Below are positions 28,520-39,048 of a stretch of DNA of 64,000 nucleotides, one piece after another. How positions within the stretch are numbered: the first letter of the stretch is position 1; each line of letters begins with the position of its first letter. Location: contig CAVQSP010000017.1 in the NCBI GenBank assembly GCA_963715985.1, forward strand, positions 128,001-192,000, in the 5' to 3' direction. A program made the position numbers and the translations under genes. This stretch comes from an uncultured Thermoleophilia bacterium. GTDB taxonomy: Bacteria; Actinomycetota; Thermoleophilia; UBA2241. The notes beneath the pieces were generated by a model. It did no database searches, was not told the origin of the DNA, and worked only from the letters and a program-made list of their open reading frames with translations.

Positions 28520-29428
28520 GTGACGCCACCGCGGGCGTCATCGACCGGCTCTGCGCAGGAGGGGTCGCGCGGCACGGCCGGCCGCGCCGCGCTCATCGTC
28601 GTCGTCATCGCCGTCTCGTTTCAGACCGGGTCGGCGCTGGCCGTCAAGGTCATCGACTCGGTGGGGATCGTGGAGGCGCTGTGGATGCGCACGGCCATCG
28701 CCGCGCTGATCCTCGCCTGCATCCGGCCGCACCGCCTGCGGCTGCCGCCCAAGGGCAGGCGCCTGCGCCTGGCGCTGCTCGCCCTGGCGCTGCTCGGCAT
28801 GAACGGCAGCTTCTACGCCGCCATCAGCCAGGCCCCGGTGGGCCTCGTGGTGGCGGTGGAGTTCGTCGGGCCGCTGGCCGTGGCGGTGCTGGGCAGCCGG
28901 CGCCTGCTGGACTATCTCTGGATCGTGCTGGCCGGCGCCGGCGTCGCGCTGCTCGGCGGCCCGACAAGCTCGGTGAGCGGACTCGGTCTCGGCCTGGCGT
29001 TGCTGGCCGCCTTCTTCTGGGGCGCGTACCTGGTGCTGGCCAAGCGAGCGGTGAGCGACATGGACCCGCTCTCCGTGACCACGCTCATGCTCATCGGCTC
29101 GGCCGCTCTGCTCACCCCCGTCATGCTCGCCGTGGGGCCCAAGGTGAGCGGCCACGGCGGCGCCCTCGCGCTCGCGGTGCTGGTGGCCGTCCTTTCGTCG
29201 GCGTTCCCCTACGTGCTCGAGCTCGTCGGGCTGCGCCTGGTCAAGGCCGCCACCTGGGGCGTGCTGCTGAGCATCGAGCCGGCGGTCGCAGGCCTCACCG
29301 GCTACCTCATCCTGGGGCAGAGCCTCACCTGGCTGGAGATCGCGGCCATGGTGGCGGTGATGGTGGCGGCGGCCGGAGCCAGCTGGACGAGCGGCGCCGG
29401 GGAGGAGCTCGAGGTGCCGACCGTCTGA
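28520..29428 (+). CDS. EamA/RhtA-like DMT transporter
   Basis: Ten TM segments; 'SFQTGSALA', 'VEFVGPL', 'LLSIEPA'. Confidence 0.88.
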   Translation: MTPPRASSTGSAQEGSRGTAGRAALIVVVIAVSFQTGSALAVKVIDSVGIVEALWMRTAIAALILACIRPHRLRLPPKGRRLRLALLALALLGMNGSFYAAISQAPVGLVVAVEFVGPLAVAVLGSRRLLDYLWIVLAGAGVALLGGPTSSVSGLGLGLALLAAFFWGAYLVLAKRAVSDMDPLSVTTLMLIGSAALLTPVMLAVGPKVSGHGGALALAVLVAVLSSAFPYVLELVGLRLVKAATWGVLLSIEPAVAGLTGYLILGQSLTWLEIAAMVAVMVAAAGASWTSGAGEELEVPTV

Positions 29429-29586
29429 GACGGCCCCACGGCGCCCGACAACGCTGCGCCCATTACTGTCATTCTCGTAGACGACGGCTCCATGCTAGAC
29501 TTGGACCTTTCCCCAGTTCTGTGGGTGGCAACGCTCATAACGTGCCTTGGCGTCGCCACCCCTGCTCCTACCCAGGCGAGGTTGAG

Positions 29587-31077
29587 ATGAGCGAGAGCCA
29601 GACAAGACTCCCGGCTGCACCCGGCCCCGACAGCGCGTGCGCCATGCAGCGCATGGACGACGGCAGCCCGTCGCTGCGCGAGCTCCTGGGCAAGCAGGAG
29701 GGTGAGGGTCTCTTCGACCTCGCGCGGACCCGAGAGGGGAGCTGCGCCTGCACGCTCTGCGGCGTCTGCGCCAAGCGCTGCCCGGTCAACGCCATCCACG
29801 TGGAGCGCCACGGCAAGGTCCGCGCGGGCGTCGGCGCGACCCTCAGCATCGGCTCCATCAAGGTGGACGAGGCGCGCTGCATCGGCTGCGACCACTGCGT
29901 GGAGTCGTGCAAGTTCGACGCCCTGGTGCCCAACCCCGCCTACGAGCGGCGGCGCGCCTTCTTCCAGACGCTGGCGACCAAGGAGCAAGGCCTCGCCTCC
30001 GGGCACGGCCTGTGCAGCGGCTGCGGCGCCTCCGTGGTCGTGAACATGGTGCTCTCCGCGGTCGAGGGTCCCTACGTGGCGTCGGCCTCCACCGGCTGCC
30101 TCGAGGTCTCCACCACCCGCTACCCCTACACCGCCTGGAAGGGCAGCTTCATCCACACCCTGTTCGAGAACGCGGCCGCCACGCTCTCCGGCGTGGAGAC
30201 GGCGTTCCGCGCCTTCAAGAAGAAGGGCCTCATCGACGAGGACGTCAAGTTCATCGCCTTCGGCGGCGACGGCGGCACCTACGACATCGGCCTGCAGGCG
30301 CTCTCCGGCGCCATGGAGCGCGGCCACGACATGCTCTACGTGTGCTACGACAACGGCGCCTACATGAACACCGGCTTCCAGCGCTCCAGCGCCACGCCCA
30401 TCGGCGCCTGGACCTCCACGAGCCCCGTGGGCAAGGAGGGCATGGGCAAGCTGCAGCACAGCAAGAACCTCACGGAGATCATGGTGGCCCACCGCCTGCC
30501 GTACGTGGCCCAGGCCTCACCGCACGACCCCATGGACCTGCTGCGCAAAGCGCGCAAGGCCATCCACACCCCCGGTCCCACCTTCCTCAACGTCCTCTCG
30601 CCCTGCCCGCGCGGCTGGCGCACCGAGAACGACGAGACCATCGAGATGGCCCGCGAGGCCACGGAGACGTGTTTCTGGCCGCTCTTCGAGGTGGAGAACG
30701 GCCACTACCACCTCACCTACCGGCCCAAGCGGAAGGAGCCCCTCACCAAGTGGCTCGAGAAGCAGGGCCGCTTCGACCACCTGGCTCGCGTGGAGGAGCA
30801 CGAACTGCTCATCGCCATGCAGCAGTGGGTGGACGACGAGTGGGACCTGCTGCTGCGCAAGTCGGGCGAGGTCTCGGAGTGCGACTGGGGAGTGTGCAAG
30901 ATCGCGCCGGAGGATCTGGAGATGCACCCGGTGCACATGCACGTGGAGTCGCTGGGCGAGCCGCTGACCGCCTCCATGACCGAGACGGCCCTCGAGGTCA
31001 CCTCCCACCTGGAGCACGAGCGCTGGCCGGCGCTCTCCTCGGCGATGAGCTGGGGCGGCTTCGACGAAGACGAGTGA
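29587..31077 (+). CDS. porB: 2[4Fe-4S] ferredoxin fused to pyruvate/2-oxoacid:ferredoxin oxidoreductase beta (TPP-binding) subunit
   Basis: 'CTLCGVCAKRCP', 'CIGCDHCVESC'; then 'GHGLCSGCG', 'TGCLEV', 'GGDGGTYDIG..YDNGAYMNTG', 'SPCPRGW'. Confidence 0.88.
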   Translation: MSESQTRLPAAPGPDSACAMQRMDDGSPSLRELLGKQEGEGLFDLARTREGSCACTLCGVCAKRCPVNAIHVERHGKVRAGVGATLSIGSIKVDEARCIGCDHCVESCKFDALVPNPAYERRRAFFQTLATKEQGLASGHGLCSGCGASVVVNMVLSAVEGPYVASASTGCLEVSTTRYPYTAWKGSFIHTLFENAAATLSGVETAFRAFKKKGLIDEDVKFIAFGGDGGTYDIGLQALSGAMERGHDMLYVCYDNGAYMNTGFQRSSATPIGAWTSTSPVGKEGMGKLQHSKNLTEIMVAHRLPYVAQASPHDPMDLLRKARKAIHTPGPTFLNVLSPCPRGWRTENDETIEMAREATETCFWPLFEVENGHYHLTYRPKRKEPLTKWLEKQGRFDHLARVEEHELLIAMQQWVDDEWDLLLRKSGEVSECDWGVCKIAPEDLEMHPVHMHVESLGEPLTASMTETALEVTSHLEHERWPALSSAMSWGGFDEDE

Positions 31078-31108
31078 CCGGGGCGCCGAACGCGCCACTC
31101 AGTGACGA

Positions 31109-31578
31109 TCAGAGGGCGGCTGCGCGCGCGGCCTGGATGGCGGCGAGCAGGGCCTCCGGCTCGTCGGTGCCGATGGTGAAGCGCTTGCCGGAGGAGAAGC
31201 TCACCCGCACGGCGCCGCTCCCCCAGGCGTTGTAGAGCCAGCCGGACGGCGTGAGCCGGATGCCCCAGCCGGCGAACCACGGCGTCGAGACGATGCTCGC
31301 CTTCTCGATGGTGCGCAGGTCGATGCGGCGGCGCGCCAGGCCGGCGCCGAAGCCGACGGAGAGGCTCGTGCCCTCCACCGTGACTGTGAGCCGCGAGAAG
31401 GCCAGCATGAGCGCCGCGAACGTGAGGATGCCGGGGACGTGCATCCACAGGCGCGGCTTGCCGGCGCGCGCGTCCCGCAGCAGCGCGCGCGACTGGGTGA
31501 AGAGCCCGAGCCCGAGCCCGGCCAGGACCGGGTAGCCTGTCTGGGTGTGGCGATAGTGGTGATGCCCGGAGTGCTCAC
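31109..31578 (-). CDS. Hypothetical membrane protein with PH-like C-terminus (frameshift near start)
   Basis: 'YRHTQTG', two TM segments, '[22 protein letters not shown]'. Confidence 0.65.
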
Positions 31579-31985
31579 GGCTTCGCCTCGTCGCTCGCGG
31601 GCCGTTCGTTGATGAGCGCCTCGAGCGTCGGCTCCACGTCGTTGGGGTCGTCCTCGGCAAGCAGGATGTCCGGGTACTCCGTCGTCACGATCCGATCCCC
31701 TTTCTGCACGGGAGCGAGAAGTAGAGGGTCGCTCCCTCGGCGGACGCTCCCTCGGCCCACACGCGGCCCCCGAGCCGCGAGACGATGCGGTGCACGTTGG
31801 CCAACCCGATGCCCGTGCCCCGAACTCGGCGCTGCTGTGGAGCCGCTGGAAGACGCGGAAGAGCTTGTGCGCATACTGCATGTCGAAGCCTACACCGTTG
31901 TCGCGCGCGAAGAAGACGTCGGCGGGCGCCTGGGGCTCGTCGCCGCTCTCCACGCGCCCGTCGAGGTCGTTGCGGCGCGGCCTGC
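31575..31985 (-). pseudogene. Remnant of a histidine kinase HATPase C-terminus plus a truncated response regulator (Cph1/Rcp1-like pair)
   Basis: '[23 protein letters not shown]' / '[33 protein letters not shown]', then a 37-codon '[12 protein letters not shown]' stub. Confidence 0.75.
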
Positions 31986-32130
31986 AGCCGTGTCCGCAGG
32001 CCGCGCCGCTCGTCAGGCAACGGCGCCGCGGCAGGGTAGCTCGCGGCCCGGGTATACACGGTAGTGTGAGACGAGCCGCGGGGCGGGGCGGACCACCGCC
32101 GCGCCACGCGGCCGCCGGGGGGCAGCGGTC

Positions 32131-32964
32131 GTGTACACCATCGCCGACCGGCAGCAGCTGACCAAGAAGGGCGACACCGTGGGCCTCACCATCGAGGCCC
32201 CGCAGATCGCGCGCAAGATCCTGCCCGGCCAGTTCGTCGTGGTGCGCGTCAACGAGACGGGTGAGCGCGTCCCGCTCACGGTGGCCCAGAAGGACGCGGC
32301 CACCGGCACCATCACCATCATCATCCAGGTGGTCGGCAAGAGCACCGCGCTCCTCGCGTCCCTGCGCGCCGGCGATGCGGTCAAGGACCTGTGCGGGCCC
32401 CTCGGCGTGCCGGCTCCCATGCAGAAGGTCGGCACCGTGGTCGGCATCGGGGGCGGCTCCGGCATCGCCGTACTGCACCACCTCCTCGGCGGGCACCGCG
32501 AGGTGGGCAACCGCATCATCAGCATCATCGGGGCGCGCGAGAAGGACCTCCTGATCATGGAGGAGGAGATGAAGGCCCTCTGCGACGAGGTCCTCGTCAC
32601 CACCGACGACGGCAGCTACGGCATGCACGGCAAGGTCACCGACGCGCTCAAGACGCTGGTGGAGCGCCAGCAGCGCATCGACCGCGTGATCGCCGTGGGC
32701 CCGCTGGTGATGATGCGCGCGGTCACGGACATGACGCGCGTCTACGGGCTGCCCACCGAGGTCAGCCTGAACCCGATCATGGTGGACGGCACCGGCATGT
32801 GCGGCGGCTGCCGCTGCAGCGTCGGTGGCAAGACCCGCTTCGCCTGCGTGGACGGCCCGCACTTCGACGCGTTCGAGGTGGACTTCGACGAGCTCATCCA
32901 GCGCGGCCGCATGTACGAGCGCGACGAGCGCACCGCGCTGCTCACCTCGGTGAAGGCGCGGTAG
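32131..32964 (+). CDS. nfnA: NfnA/SudB-like FAD/NAD-binding [2Fe-2S] subunit
   Basis: '[15 protein letters not shown]', 'GGGSG', '[17 protein letters not shown]', 'FACVDGP'. Confidence 0.9.
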   Translation: MYTIADRQQLTKKGDTVGLTIEAPQIARKILPGQFVVVRVNETGERVPLTVAQKDAATGTITIIIQVVGKSTALLASLRAGDAVKDLCGPLGVPAPMQKVGTVVGIGGGSGIAVLHHLLGGHREVGNRIISIIGAREKDLLIMEEEMKALCDEVLVTTDDGSYGMHGKVTDALKTLVERQQRIDRVIAVGPLVMMRAVTDMTRVYGLPTEVSLNPIMVDGTGMCGGCRCSVGGKTRFACVDGPHFDAFEVDFDELIQRGRMYERDERTALLTSVKAR

Positions 32965-32973
32965 GAGGCGGCG

Positions 32974-34791
32974 ATGTCGGCGGCCGATGCTGAACTGACA
33001 GTGCTGGAGCACGAGGGCGACCTCGCCAGCTTCTGCCCGCACTGCCACGCCGGCCTCGACGTGTACGACGGGCGCTCGCGGCGCGTGTGGATATGCCTCG
33101 CCGCGGTGGCCGGGGGGCAGGAGTGCGAGCTCCTCATGAACCCGCGCCTCGAGGTCTTCGAGCACACCTGCTCGGGGTCGATCCAGGACGGGGACGTCCT
33201 GGACGCGGTCGCCTGCCCGCACTGCCACCAGTCGCTCTTCGAGGCGGACCAGGCCTGCGCCGTCTGCGGGGCGCCGGCCTTCTGCCTGGACGTCTCCGTG
33301 CGCTCGCGCGTGGCGCCGCTGTGGCTGTGCGCGCGCGCCGGCTGCCACTGGCACGACGTGTCCACGCAGGCCGCGGCCAAGATCAGGTCGGTGGCGCCGC
33401 GGCAGAAGCGGCCCGAACAGGACCCGGTGCTCCGTGTGCGCACCTTCACCGAGGTCAGCTACGGGTTCGACGGCGAGCGCGCCGTGGCCGAGGCCGAGCG
33501 CTGCCGCCAGTGCAAGAAGCCGGCCTGCGTCGACGGCTGCCCGGTGCACGTGGACATCCCGGGCTTTGTGGCGCTCATCGCCAAGGGGGAGTTCGCGCCG
33601 GCCGCGCGGCTCATCCGCCGGCGCAACGCCTTGCCGGCGGTGTGCGGCCGCGTCTGCCCGCAGGACGACCAGTGCGAGAAGGAGTGCCTGCTCGGCAAGA
33701 CCGGCGAGCCGCTGGCCATCGGCGCCCTCGAGCGCTTCGCCGCCGACTTCGAGCGCGAGACCGACCAGGTGCGCCTGCCGCGCCGCGCACCGCGCACCGG
33801 CAGGCGCATCGCCGTGGTGGGGAGCGGGCCGGCGGGCCTCACCCTGGCCGCCGATCTGGTGGTGCTGGGCCACAGCGTCACCGTGTTCGAGTCGCTGCAC
33901 AAGCCCGGCGGGGTGCTGGTCTACGGCATCCCCGAGTTCCGCCTGCCCAAGGCCATCGTGGACGCCGAGACCGGCAACCTGCGGCGGCTCGGCGTCAAGT
34001 TCGAGCTCAACAGCATCGTCGGCAAGCTCTACAGCCTCGACGACCTCTTCGGGCTCGGGTTCGACGCCGTGTACGTGGGCACCGGCGCCGGTCTGCCCGG
34101 CTTCATGGGCATCCCCGGCGAGAACCTCTGCAACGTGGTCTCGGCCAACGAGTACCTCACGCGCGTGAACCTGATGAAGGCGTACCTCTTCCCGGAGTAC
34201 GACACGCCGGCGCCCAAGGGCTCGCGGGTGGCCGTGGTGGGCGGCGGCAACGTGGCCATGGACTGTGCTCGCACGGCCCTGCGCATGGGCGCCCTGGAGG
34301 CCACCATCGTGTACCGCCGCACGCGCGCCGAGATGCCGGCCCGCGAGGAGGAGATCGCGCACGCCGAGCAGGAGGGCGTGCGCTTCCACTACCTCGCGAG
34401 CCCCGTGCGCTACATCGGCGACCAGCAGCGCTGGGTGCGGCAGATGCAGTGCGTGCGCATGAAGATGGGCGAGCCCGACGAGTCGGGGCGGCGCAGCCCG
34501 ATCCCGATGCTGGACTCCACCTTCCTCCTGGACATCGACATGGCGGTGGTGGCCGTGGGCGCCGGCCCCAACCGGGCGCTGTTCGAGGGTGCCGCGGGGC
34601 TGGAGCGCAACGAGCGCGGCTACATCCGCGCGTTCACGGAAGCGGGACGCACGAGCGTGCCCAAGGTGTGGGCCGGCGGCGACATCGTCACCGGCTCGGC
34701 GACGGTGATCCTCGCGATGGGCGCGGCGCGCAAGGCCGCCGACGACATGCACGCGTATCTGGGCGATGGGGACGGCGGCGCCTGGCTGTGA
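32974..34791 (+). CDS. nfnB: NfnB/SudA (GltD-like) flavoprotein with an extra N-terminal Cys-rich domain
   Basis: '[19 protein letters not shown]', '[13 protein letters not shown]', 'GSGPAG', 'YGIPEFRLP', 'GGGNVAMD', '[16 protein letters not shown]'; follows nfnA. Confidence 0.9.
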   Translation: MSAADAELTVLEHEGDLASFCPHCHAGLDVYDGRSRRVWICLAAVAGGQECELLMNPRLEVFEHTCSGSIQDGDVLDAVACPHCHQSLFEADQACAVCGAPAFCLDVSVRSRVAPLWLCARAGCHWHDVSTQAAAKIRSVAPRQKRPEQDPVLRVRTFTEVSYGFDGERAVAEAERCRQCKKPACVDGCPVHVDIPGFVALIAKGEFAPAARLIRRRNALPAVCGRVCPQDDQCEKECLLGKTGEPLAIGALERFAADFERETDQVRLPRRAPRTGRRIAVVGSGPAGLTLAADLVVLGHSVTVFESLHKPGGVLVYGIPEFRLPKAIVDAETGNLRRLGVKFELNSIVGKLYSLDDLFGLGFDAVYVGTGAGLPGFMGIPGENLCNVVSANEYLTRVNLMKAYLFPEYDTPAPKGSRVAVVGGGNVAMDCARTALRMGALEATIVYRRTRAEMPAREEEIAHAEQEGVRFHYLASPVRYIGDQQRWVRQMQCVRMKMGEPDESGRRSPIPMLDSTFLLDIDMAVVAVGAGPNRALFEGAAGLERNERGYIRAFTEAGRTSVPKVWAGGDIVTGSATVILAMGAARKAADDMHAYLGDGDGGAWL

Positions 34792-34863
34792 GGCGGGAGC
34801 ATGCCGCGCGTCCCGGGTGAGGCGGCCGTCCGCCGTGGCGGCCGCCTCACGTCGCAGCGGGCG

Positions 34864-35454
34864 CTATCTCTCGCCGACGGGCCCGGCGGACGTGGCGGGT
34901 GCCGGCTTCTCGGCCAGCAGGATGCGGTGCGCCAGCTCCTCCCAGTAGGCCTGCACTCCCTCCTCGACCTCGTCGTAGTGCACGGACTCGAACTCCTCCG
35001 TGAGCCGCTCGCGGTCGTCCTTGGTGAGGTAGTGCTGGGCGAGGTCGAAGAACTGCGACTCCTCGACCTCGATGTGGCAGCGCACCACGTCGACGTACTC
35101 CCGCAGTTCGGCGGCGAAGGTCAGGGCCGCGGGGCGGTCGTCCTCGGGCAGCTCGTGCAGCTCCCGCTGCAGCGCGTCGAGGCGTCCCGCGCACCACTCG
35201 TGTTCGCCGAGCATCTGCTCGAGCGGCTCGTCTTCCTCCGTCATCCCCCGTTTGTGGCAGCGCGAGAACAGCAGGCCGTCCTCCTTGGGGTCGTGCAGGC
35301 CGTCGCAGAAGAAGCGGAAGAACCCCAGGATGTCGCCGACGAGGTCGCGGCGCACGGCGCCCGTCTGCTCCACGTGCGCGCACTCCGCGTCGGCTGCGTC
35401 CGCCACCTCCAGCATCAGCCGGTGCTCCGCTTCGAGGATCCTCCTCCAGCCCAT
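34864..35454 (-). CDS. Hemerythrin-like domain protein
   Basis: 'LEAEHR', 'HDPKEDGLLF', 'MLGEHE', 'HIEVEE'. Confidence 0.85.
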   Translation of the reverse strand: MGWRRILEAEHRLMLEVADAADAECAHVEQTGAVRRDLVGDILGFFRFFCDGLHDPKEDGLLFSRCHKRGMTEEDEPLEQMLGEHEWCAGRLDALQRELHELPEDDRPAALTFAAELREYVDVVRCHIEVEESQFFDLAQHYLTKDDRERLTEEFESVHYDEVEEGVQAYWEELAHRILLAEKPAPATSAGPVGER

Positions 35455-35686
35455 GGCTTCTCCTTCCCGCGGGCTCCTGACGCGCTTGGTGCGTCCCTCG
35501 CTCTCAACGTACCCATGGCGCGGTACTCATTAGGCCGTTGGGCGGATCGGGCCGGCAAGGCCGCCGCCGCAGCGCCATCCGGCAGTCGCGGCCGTCCGAC
35601 CGCCCCGAGCCCCGCGGGGCGGGGCGCTATGATGGGGCACCGGCCGTCCAGACCACGGCCGCGGCACCTGAGGGAGGGAGGGCGTC

Positions 35687-37198
35687 ATGACCAGTGTGGA
35701 CGACAGCCGGGTGATCCTGGCGCTCGATCAGGGGACCACGAGCTCGCGTGCCATCGCCTTCGCGCCGGACGGCGCGGTGCGAGGCGTCTCGCAGAAGGAG
35801 CTGGGCCTCAGCTTCCCCCAGCCCGGCTGGGTCGAGATGGACCCGCGGGAGATCTGGGCGGCGCAGCGCGAGACGGCTGTGGAGGCGCTGCGCCTGGCGG
35901 GAGCGGCGGCCGCGGACGTGGCCGCCGTCGGCATCACCAACCAGCGCGAGACCACGATCATCTGGGACCGCGCCACCTCGGAGCCGATCGCGCCGGCCAT
36001 CGTGTGGCAGGACCGGCGCACCGCCGAGCACTGCGAGGAGCTGCGCCGCGCCGGCCACGAGGAGCGCGTGCGGCGCGTCACGGGCCTCCTGCTGGACCCG
36101 TACTTCTCGGCCACCAAGATCGCCTGGCTGCTGGACTCGGTGCCCGGGGCGAGGGAGCGCGCGGAGCGCGGCGAGCTCGCCTTCGGCACGGTGGACAGCT
36201 GGCTGGCCTGGCAGCTGAGCGGCGGCCGCCTGCACGTCACCGACGCCACCAACGCGTCCCGCACCCTGCTGTACGACCTGCGCACGGGGGAGTGGGACGC
36301 CGGGCTGCTGGACCTCTTCGGCGTCCCGGCCGCCGTGCTGCCCGAGGTGCGCGACACCAGCGGCGTGGTCGGCGAGACCGACGCGGCGGTGCTCGGCGCG
36401 CCGGTGCCGCTGGCGAGCATGGTGGGCGACCAGCAGGCCGCGCTCTTCGGCCAGGCCTGCACGTCCCTCGGCATGACCAAGGTCACGTACGGCACCGGCT
36501 GCTTCCTGCTCATGCACACCGGCACGGAGCCGGTGACCTCATCGTCCGGCCTGCTGACCACCGTCGCCGCGCAGCGGCGCGGCGTGCGCACGTACGCGCT
36601 CGAGGGCAGCGTGTTCATCGGCGGGGCGGCCGTGCAGTGGCTGCGCGACGGCCTCGGCATCATCAGCGAGGCGTCCGAGTCGGACAGGCTGGCGCGGGAG
36701 GTCGCGGCGAGCGACGGCGTGTACTTCGTGCCGGCGCTGGCGGGACTGGGCGCGCCCTGGTGGGAGCCGCGCGCCCGCGGCGCCATCCTCGGGCTCACGC
36801 GCGGCTCCACGGCGGCGCACATCGCGCGCGCCACGCTCGAGGGCATCGCCTACCAGGTGTCCGACCTCCTCGGCGCGGTGACCGGCGACGCCGGCCGCGC
36901 CCCCGCGGAGATCCGCGTGGACGGGGGCGCGGCCCGCAGCGACCTGCTGCTGCAGTTCCAGGCCGACATCCTGGCGACGCCGGTGACGAGGGCCGCGCAG
37001 ACGGAGTCGACGGCGCTCGGAGCCGCGCTGCTCGCCGGCCTGGCCATCGGCGTGTGGAAGGACGACGAGGAGGCCGCCGCCGTGTGGCGCGCGGCGCGTA
37101 CCTTCACGCCGGACCCCGCCGTCGACCGCGAGGCTCTGCTCCACGGCTGGGAGGCCGCCGTGGCCTGCGTACGCGATCTGGCGAGCCGCGGCGCTTAG
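35687..37198 (+). CDS. glpK: Glycerol kinase
   Basis: '[12 protein letters not shown]', 'ITNQRETT', 'DPYFSATK', '[10 protein letters not shown]', 'TYGTGCF', 'YALEGS'. Confidence 0.95.
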   Translation: MTSVDDSRVILALDQGTTSSRAIAFAPDGAVRGVSQKELGLSFPQPGWVEMDPREIWAAQRETAVEALRLAGAAAADVAAVGITNQRETTIIWDRATSEPIAPAIVWQDRRTAEHCEELRRAGHEERVRRVTGLLLDPYFSATKIAWLLDSVPGARERAERGELAFGTVDSWLAWQLSGGRLHVTDATNASRTLLYDLRTGEWDAGLLDLFGVPAAVLPEVRDTSGVVGETDAAVLGAPVPLASMVGDQQAALFGQACTSLGMTKVTYGTGCFLLMHTGTEPVTSSSGLLTTVAAQRRGVRTYALEGSVFIGGAAVQWLRDGLGIISEASESDRLAREVAASDGVYFVPALAGLGAPWWEPRARGAILGLTRGSTAAHIARATLEGIAYQVSDLLGAVTGDAGRAPAEIRVDGGAARSDLLLQFQADILATPVTRAAQTESTALGAALLAGLAIGVWKDDEEAAAVWRAARTFTPDPAVDREALLHGWEAAVACVRDLASRGA

Positions 37199-37237
37199 AG
37201 GGGCGCACCGACCGCGGCCCGCCGGGACCGGAGGTCA

Positions 37238-37693
37238 TCAGTGCCGGTGAGGGACCACCAGGACCGGCACGTCGCTCCGGTGGAGGAGCTGGTAGCACGT
37301 GCAGTGATGCAGGACGCCGGCCAGGGGCCCCTCGCCGTGCGACCCCACGACGATGCAGTGTGAGCCGCGCTCCTCGGCGATCCGCGGCAGCGCCCTGGCC
37401 GGCTCGTCCCAGATCATCAGTACCTCGCTGCCCACGCCCGCCGCGCGGATACGGTCGGCGGCGGCGTCCAGCATGGGCTTCACCTCCTCCTCGATCCCGC
37501 GCTCGTAGTCGCGCAGCTCCTTGGCGGCGGCGCACGTGGGGTCGAGCTGGCAGCTGAGGCCGGGGGGAGGTTCGTGACAGTACACGACGACGATCTCCCC
37601 TCGCCGTCGCCCGCGCGCCAGCTCGACCGCTTCATCAAGGGCGGCGGTGGCGCATGTCGTACCGTCGTAGCCGAGAACGATCGGGTGAGACAT
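37238..37693 (-). CDS. Universal stress protein
   Basis: 'IVLGYDGT', 'IVVGSHGEG', 'VPVLVVP'. Confidence 0.85.
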   Translation of the reverse strand: MSHPIVLGYDGTTCATAALDEAVELARGRRRGEIVVVYCHEPPPGLSCQLDPTCAAAKELRDYERGIEEEVKPMLDAAADRIRAAGVGSEVLMIWDEPARALPRIAEERGSHCIVVGSHGEGPLAGVLHHCTCYQLLHRSDVPVLVVPHRH

Positions 37694-37797
37694 CCCGGCT
37701 CCTTCCCCCGTACTCACTACGTTCCCTCGGCCGCGGCTGCGGTCACCGTTTATGGGGCGGCCTTCGCGGGTGGCCGGCCGCGCCGGCCGCGTCGCAC

Positions 37798-37897
37798 GCC
37801 GCGCCCGGCGGGTCGCCGCGCCCGCGTCTCCGACGGCCCGCCGCGCCGGCGGGTCGCCGGCCCGCGTCTCCGACGCCCGCCGCGCCGGCGGCTCGCC
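37798..37897. repeat. Imperfect ~40-bp tandem repeat (about 2.5 copies)
   Basis: Unit ccggcgggtcgccg(c)gcccgcgtctccgacg(g)cccgccgcg, intergenic. Confidence 0.65.
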
Positions 37898-37906
37898 TCG
37901 CTGGCG

Positions 37907-38835
37907 TCAGCCCTCGATGAGGACGCGCAGGTTGCGGGCGATGAGGCGCGGGGCGTAGTCGAGGCCGCTGCGTCGCAGCTTGGCGACGGTCTCCTCGCCG
38001 AGCTCGGCCTGCGGCCGCGCGGCGAGGACGGCCGCGGACTCCTCCTCGTCGAGCACCTCGGCGGGCGAGACGACCAGGTCCACCGTGGCGTTCTCCGGGC
38101 ACACCTGCTGGCAGCGCAGGCAGCCGACGGCGCACGTGTGCCAGGCGGGGTCCACCCAGTCGGGGAAGGGCGCGCGGGCCTCGTTGACCCAGGTGAGGCA
38201 GCGGTCGGTCTGCAGCAGAAAGCGGTCGGCGCGGATGGCGCCGGTGGGGCAGGCGCGCAGGCAGAGGCTGCAGCGCTCGCAGCGGTCCAACTGCTGCGGC
38301 TCGCCCCAGGCTGCGTCCGCGGGCGCTTCGAGGTCGGTGAGACAGGCGGCCAGCTGCAGGTAGCTGCCGAGGCCGGGGACGTAGGTGATGTTGTTGCGGC
38401 CGTAGCGGGCCAGTCCGGCGCCGGCCGCCAGCGTCTTGAGCGGCGGCTCGACGCGCACGGCGTGGCGCCCGGAGGGCGCGAGCGCCGTGCTCACGGCCGC
38501 TGTGAGGCCGTCGGGCGTCGTCTCGTAACCGGCGTAGTGAGGCGGCACCGGCACGGTGTGCTCCGTGCCGCCGATCGTGAGGGTGGCGAGTGTGAGCGGC
38601 CGCGGTACGGCGCCGACCACGACGCTGCGCGACCCTTCCAGCCTGTCGCGCCAGTCGATCACGGCTTCCTCGCCCAGCGCTCGTGACATCGTCGTCGCGT
38701 GAACCCGCTCGCGGCGAGGACGCCGGTCACGCGCGCCCCCACGGCGTCCAGGCGGGCCACGTCCACGACGCGCACGACCCAGCCCGCCTCGGCGGCGGCG
38801 GTCGTCACAGCGGCCCACAGGTCGTCGGTGCTCAC
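37907..38835 (-). CDS. Epoxyqueuosine reductase (QueG)-like 2[4Fe-4S] protein (frameshift near 38695)
   Basis: 'AGLARYGRNN..GLGS', 'CERCSLCLRACPTGAI', 'CLT', 'GCLRCQQVCPEN'. Confidence 0.75.
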
Positions 38836-39048
38836 TCGGGCTCCCTTCGTGCTCCGTGTCGAGTCTGCCCGCGCCCGCCGCGCCTGGCAACCGGGCCGCG
38901 GACCGCGGGAGTCGCGCGACAGGCCGTCGCCGGCGGCCATCCCCGCCCGCCGGCCGGGCCGGCACCGCTTGCCTCCCGTCGCGCCGCGGAGCAGACTCTG
39001 CCGGCGCGGTCACCCACCGCGCCCGACGCCGTCCGTGAGGAGTGCCCG

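Noticed and set aside
28486-29586. Long N-terminal extension of PorB
   Set aside because: It overlaps the EamA gene in another frame; the RBS-supported start is 29587 or slightly downstream.
31201-34752. Very long antisense or alternate-frame ORFs (also 4830-7274, 18971-21973, 42420-45368, 34801-37557)
   Set aside because: Shadow ORFs caused by high GC3 opposite or overlapping well-supported genes; composition is low-complexity and Arg/Ala/Gly-rich.
32974-34791. Glutamate synthase small subunit, or a c-type cytochrome based on the CPHCH motifs
   Set aside because: It is paired with nfnA and no gltB is present; there is no export signal, so heme attachment is unlikely.
37798-37897. Possible CRISPR array
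   Set aside because: Only about 2.5 contiguous copies, no unique spacers and no cas genes.
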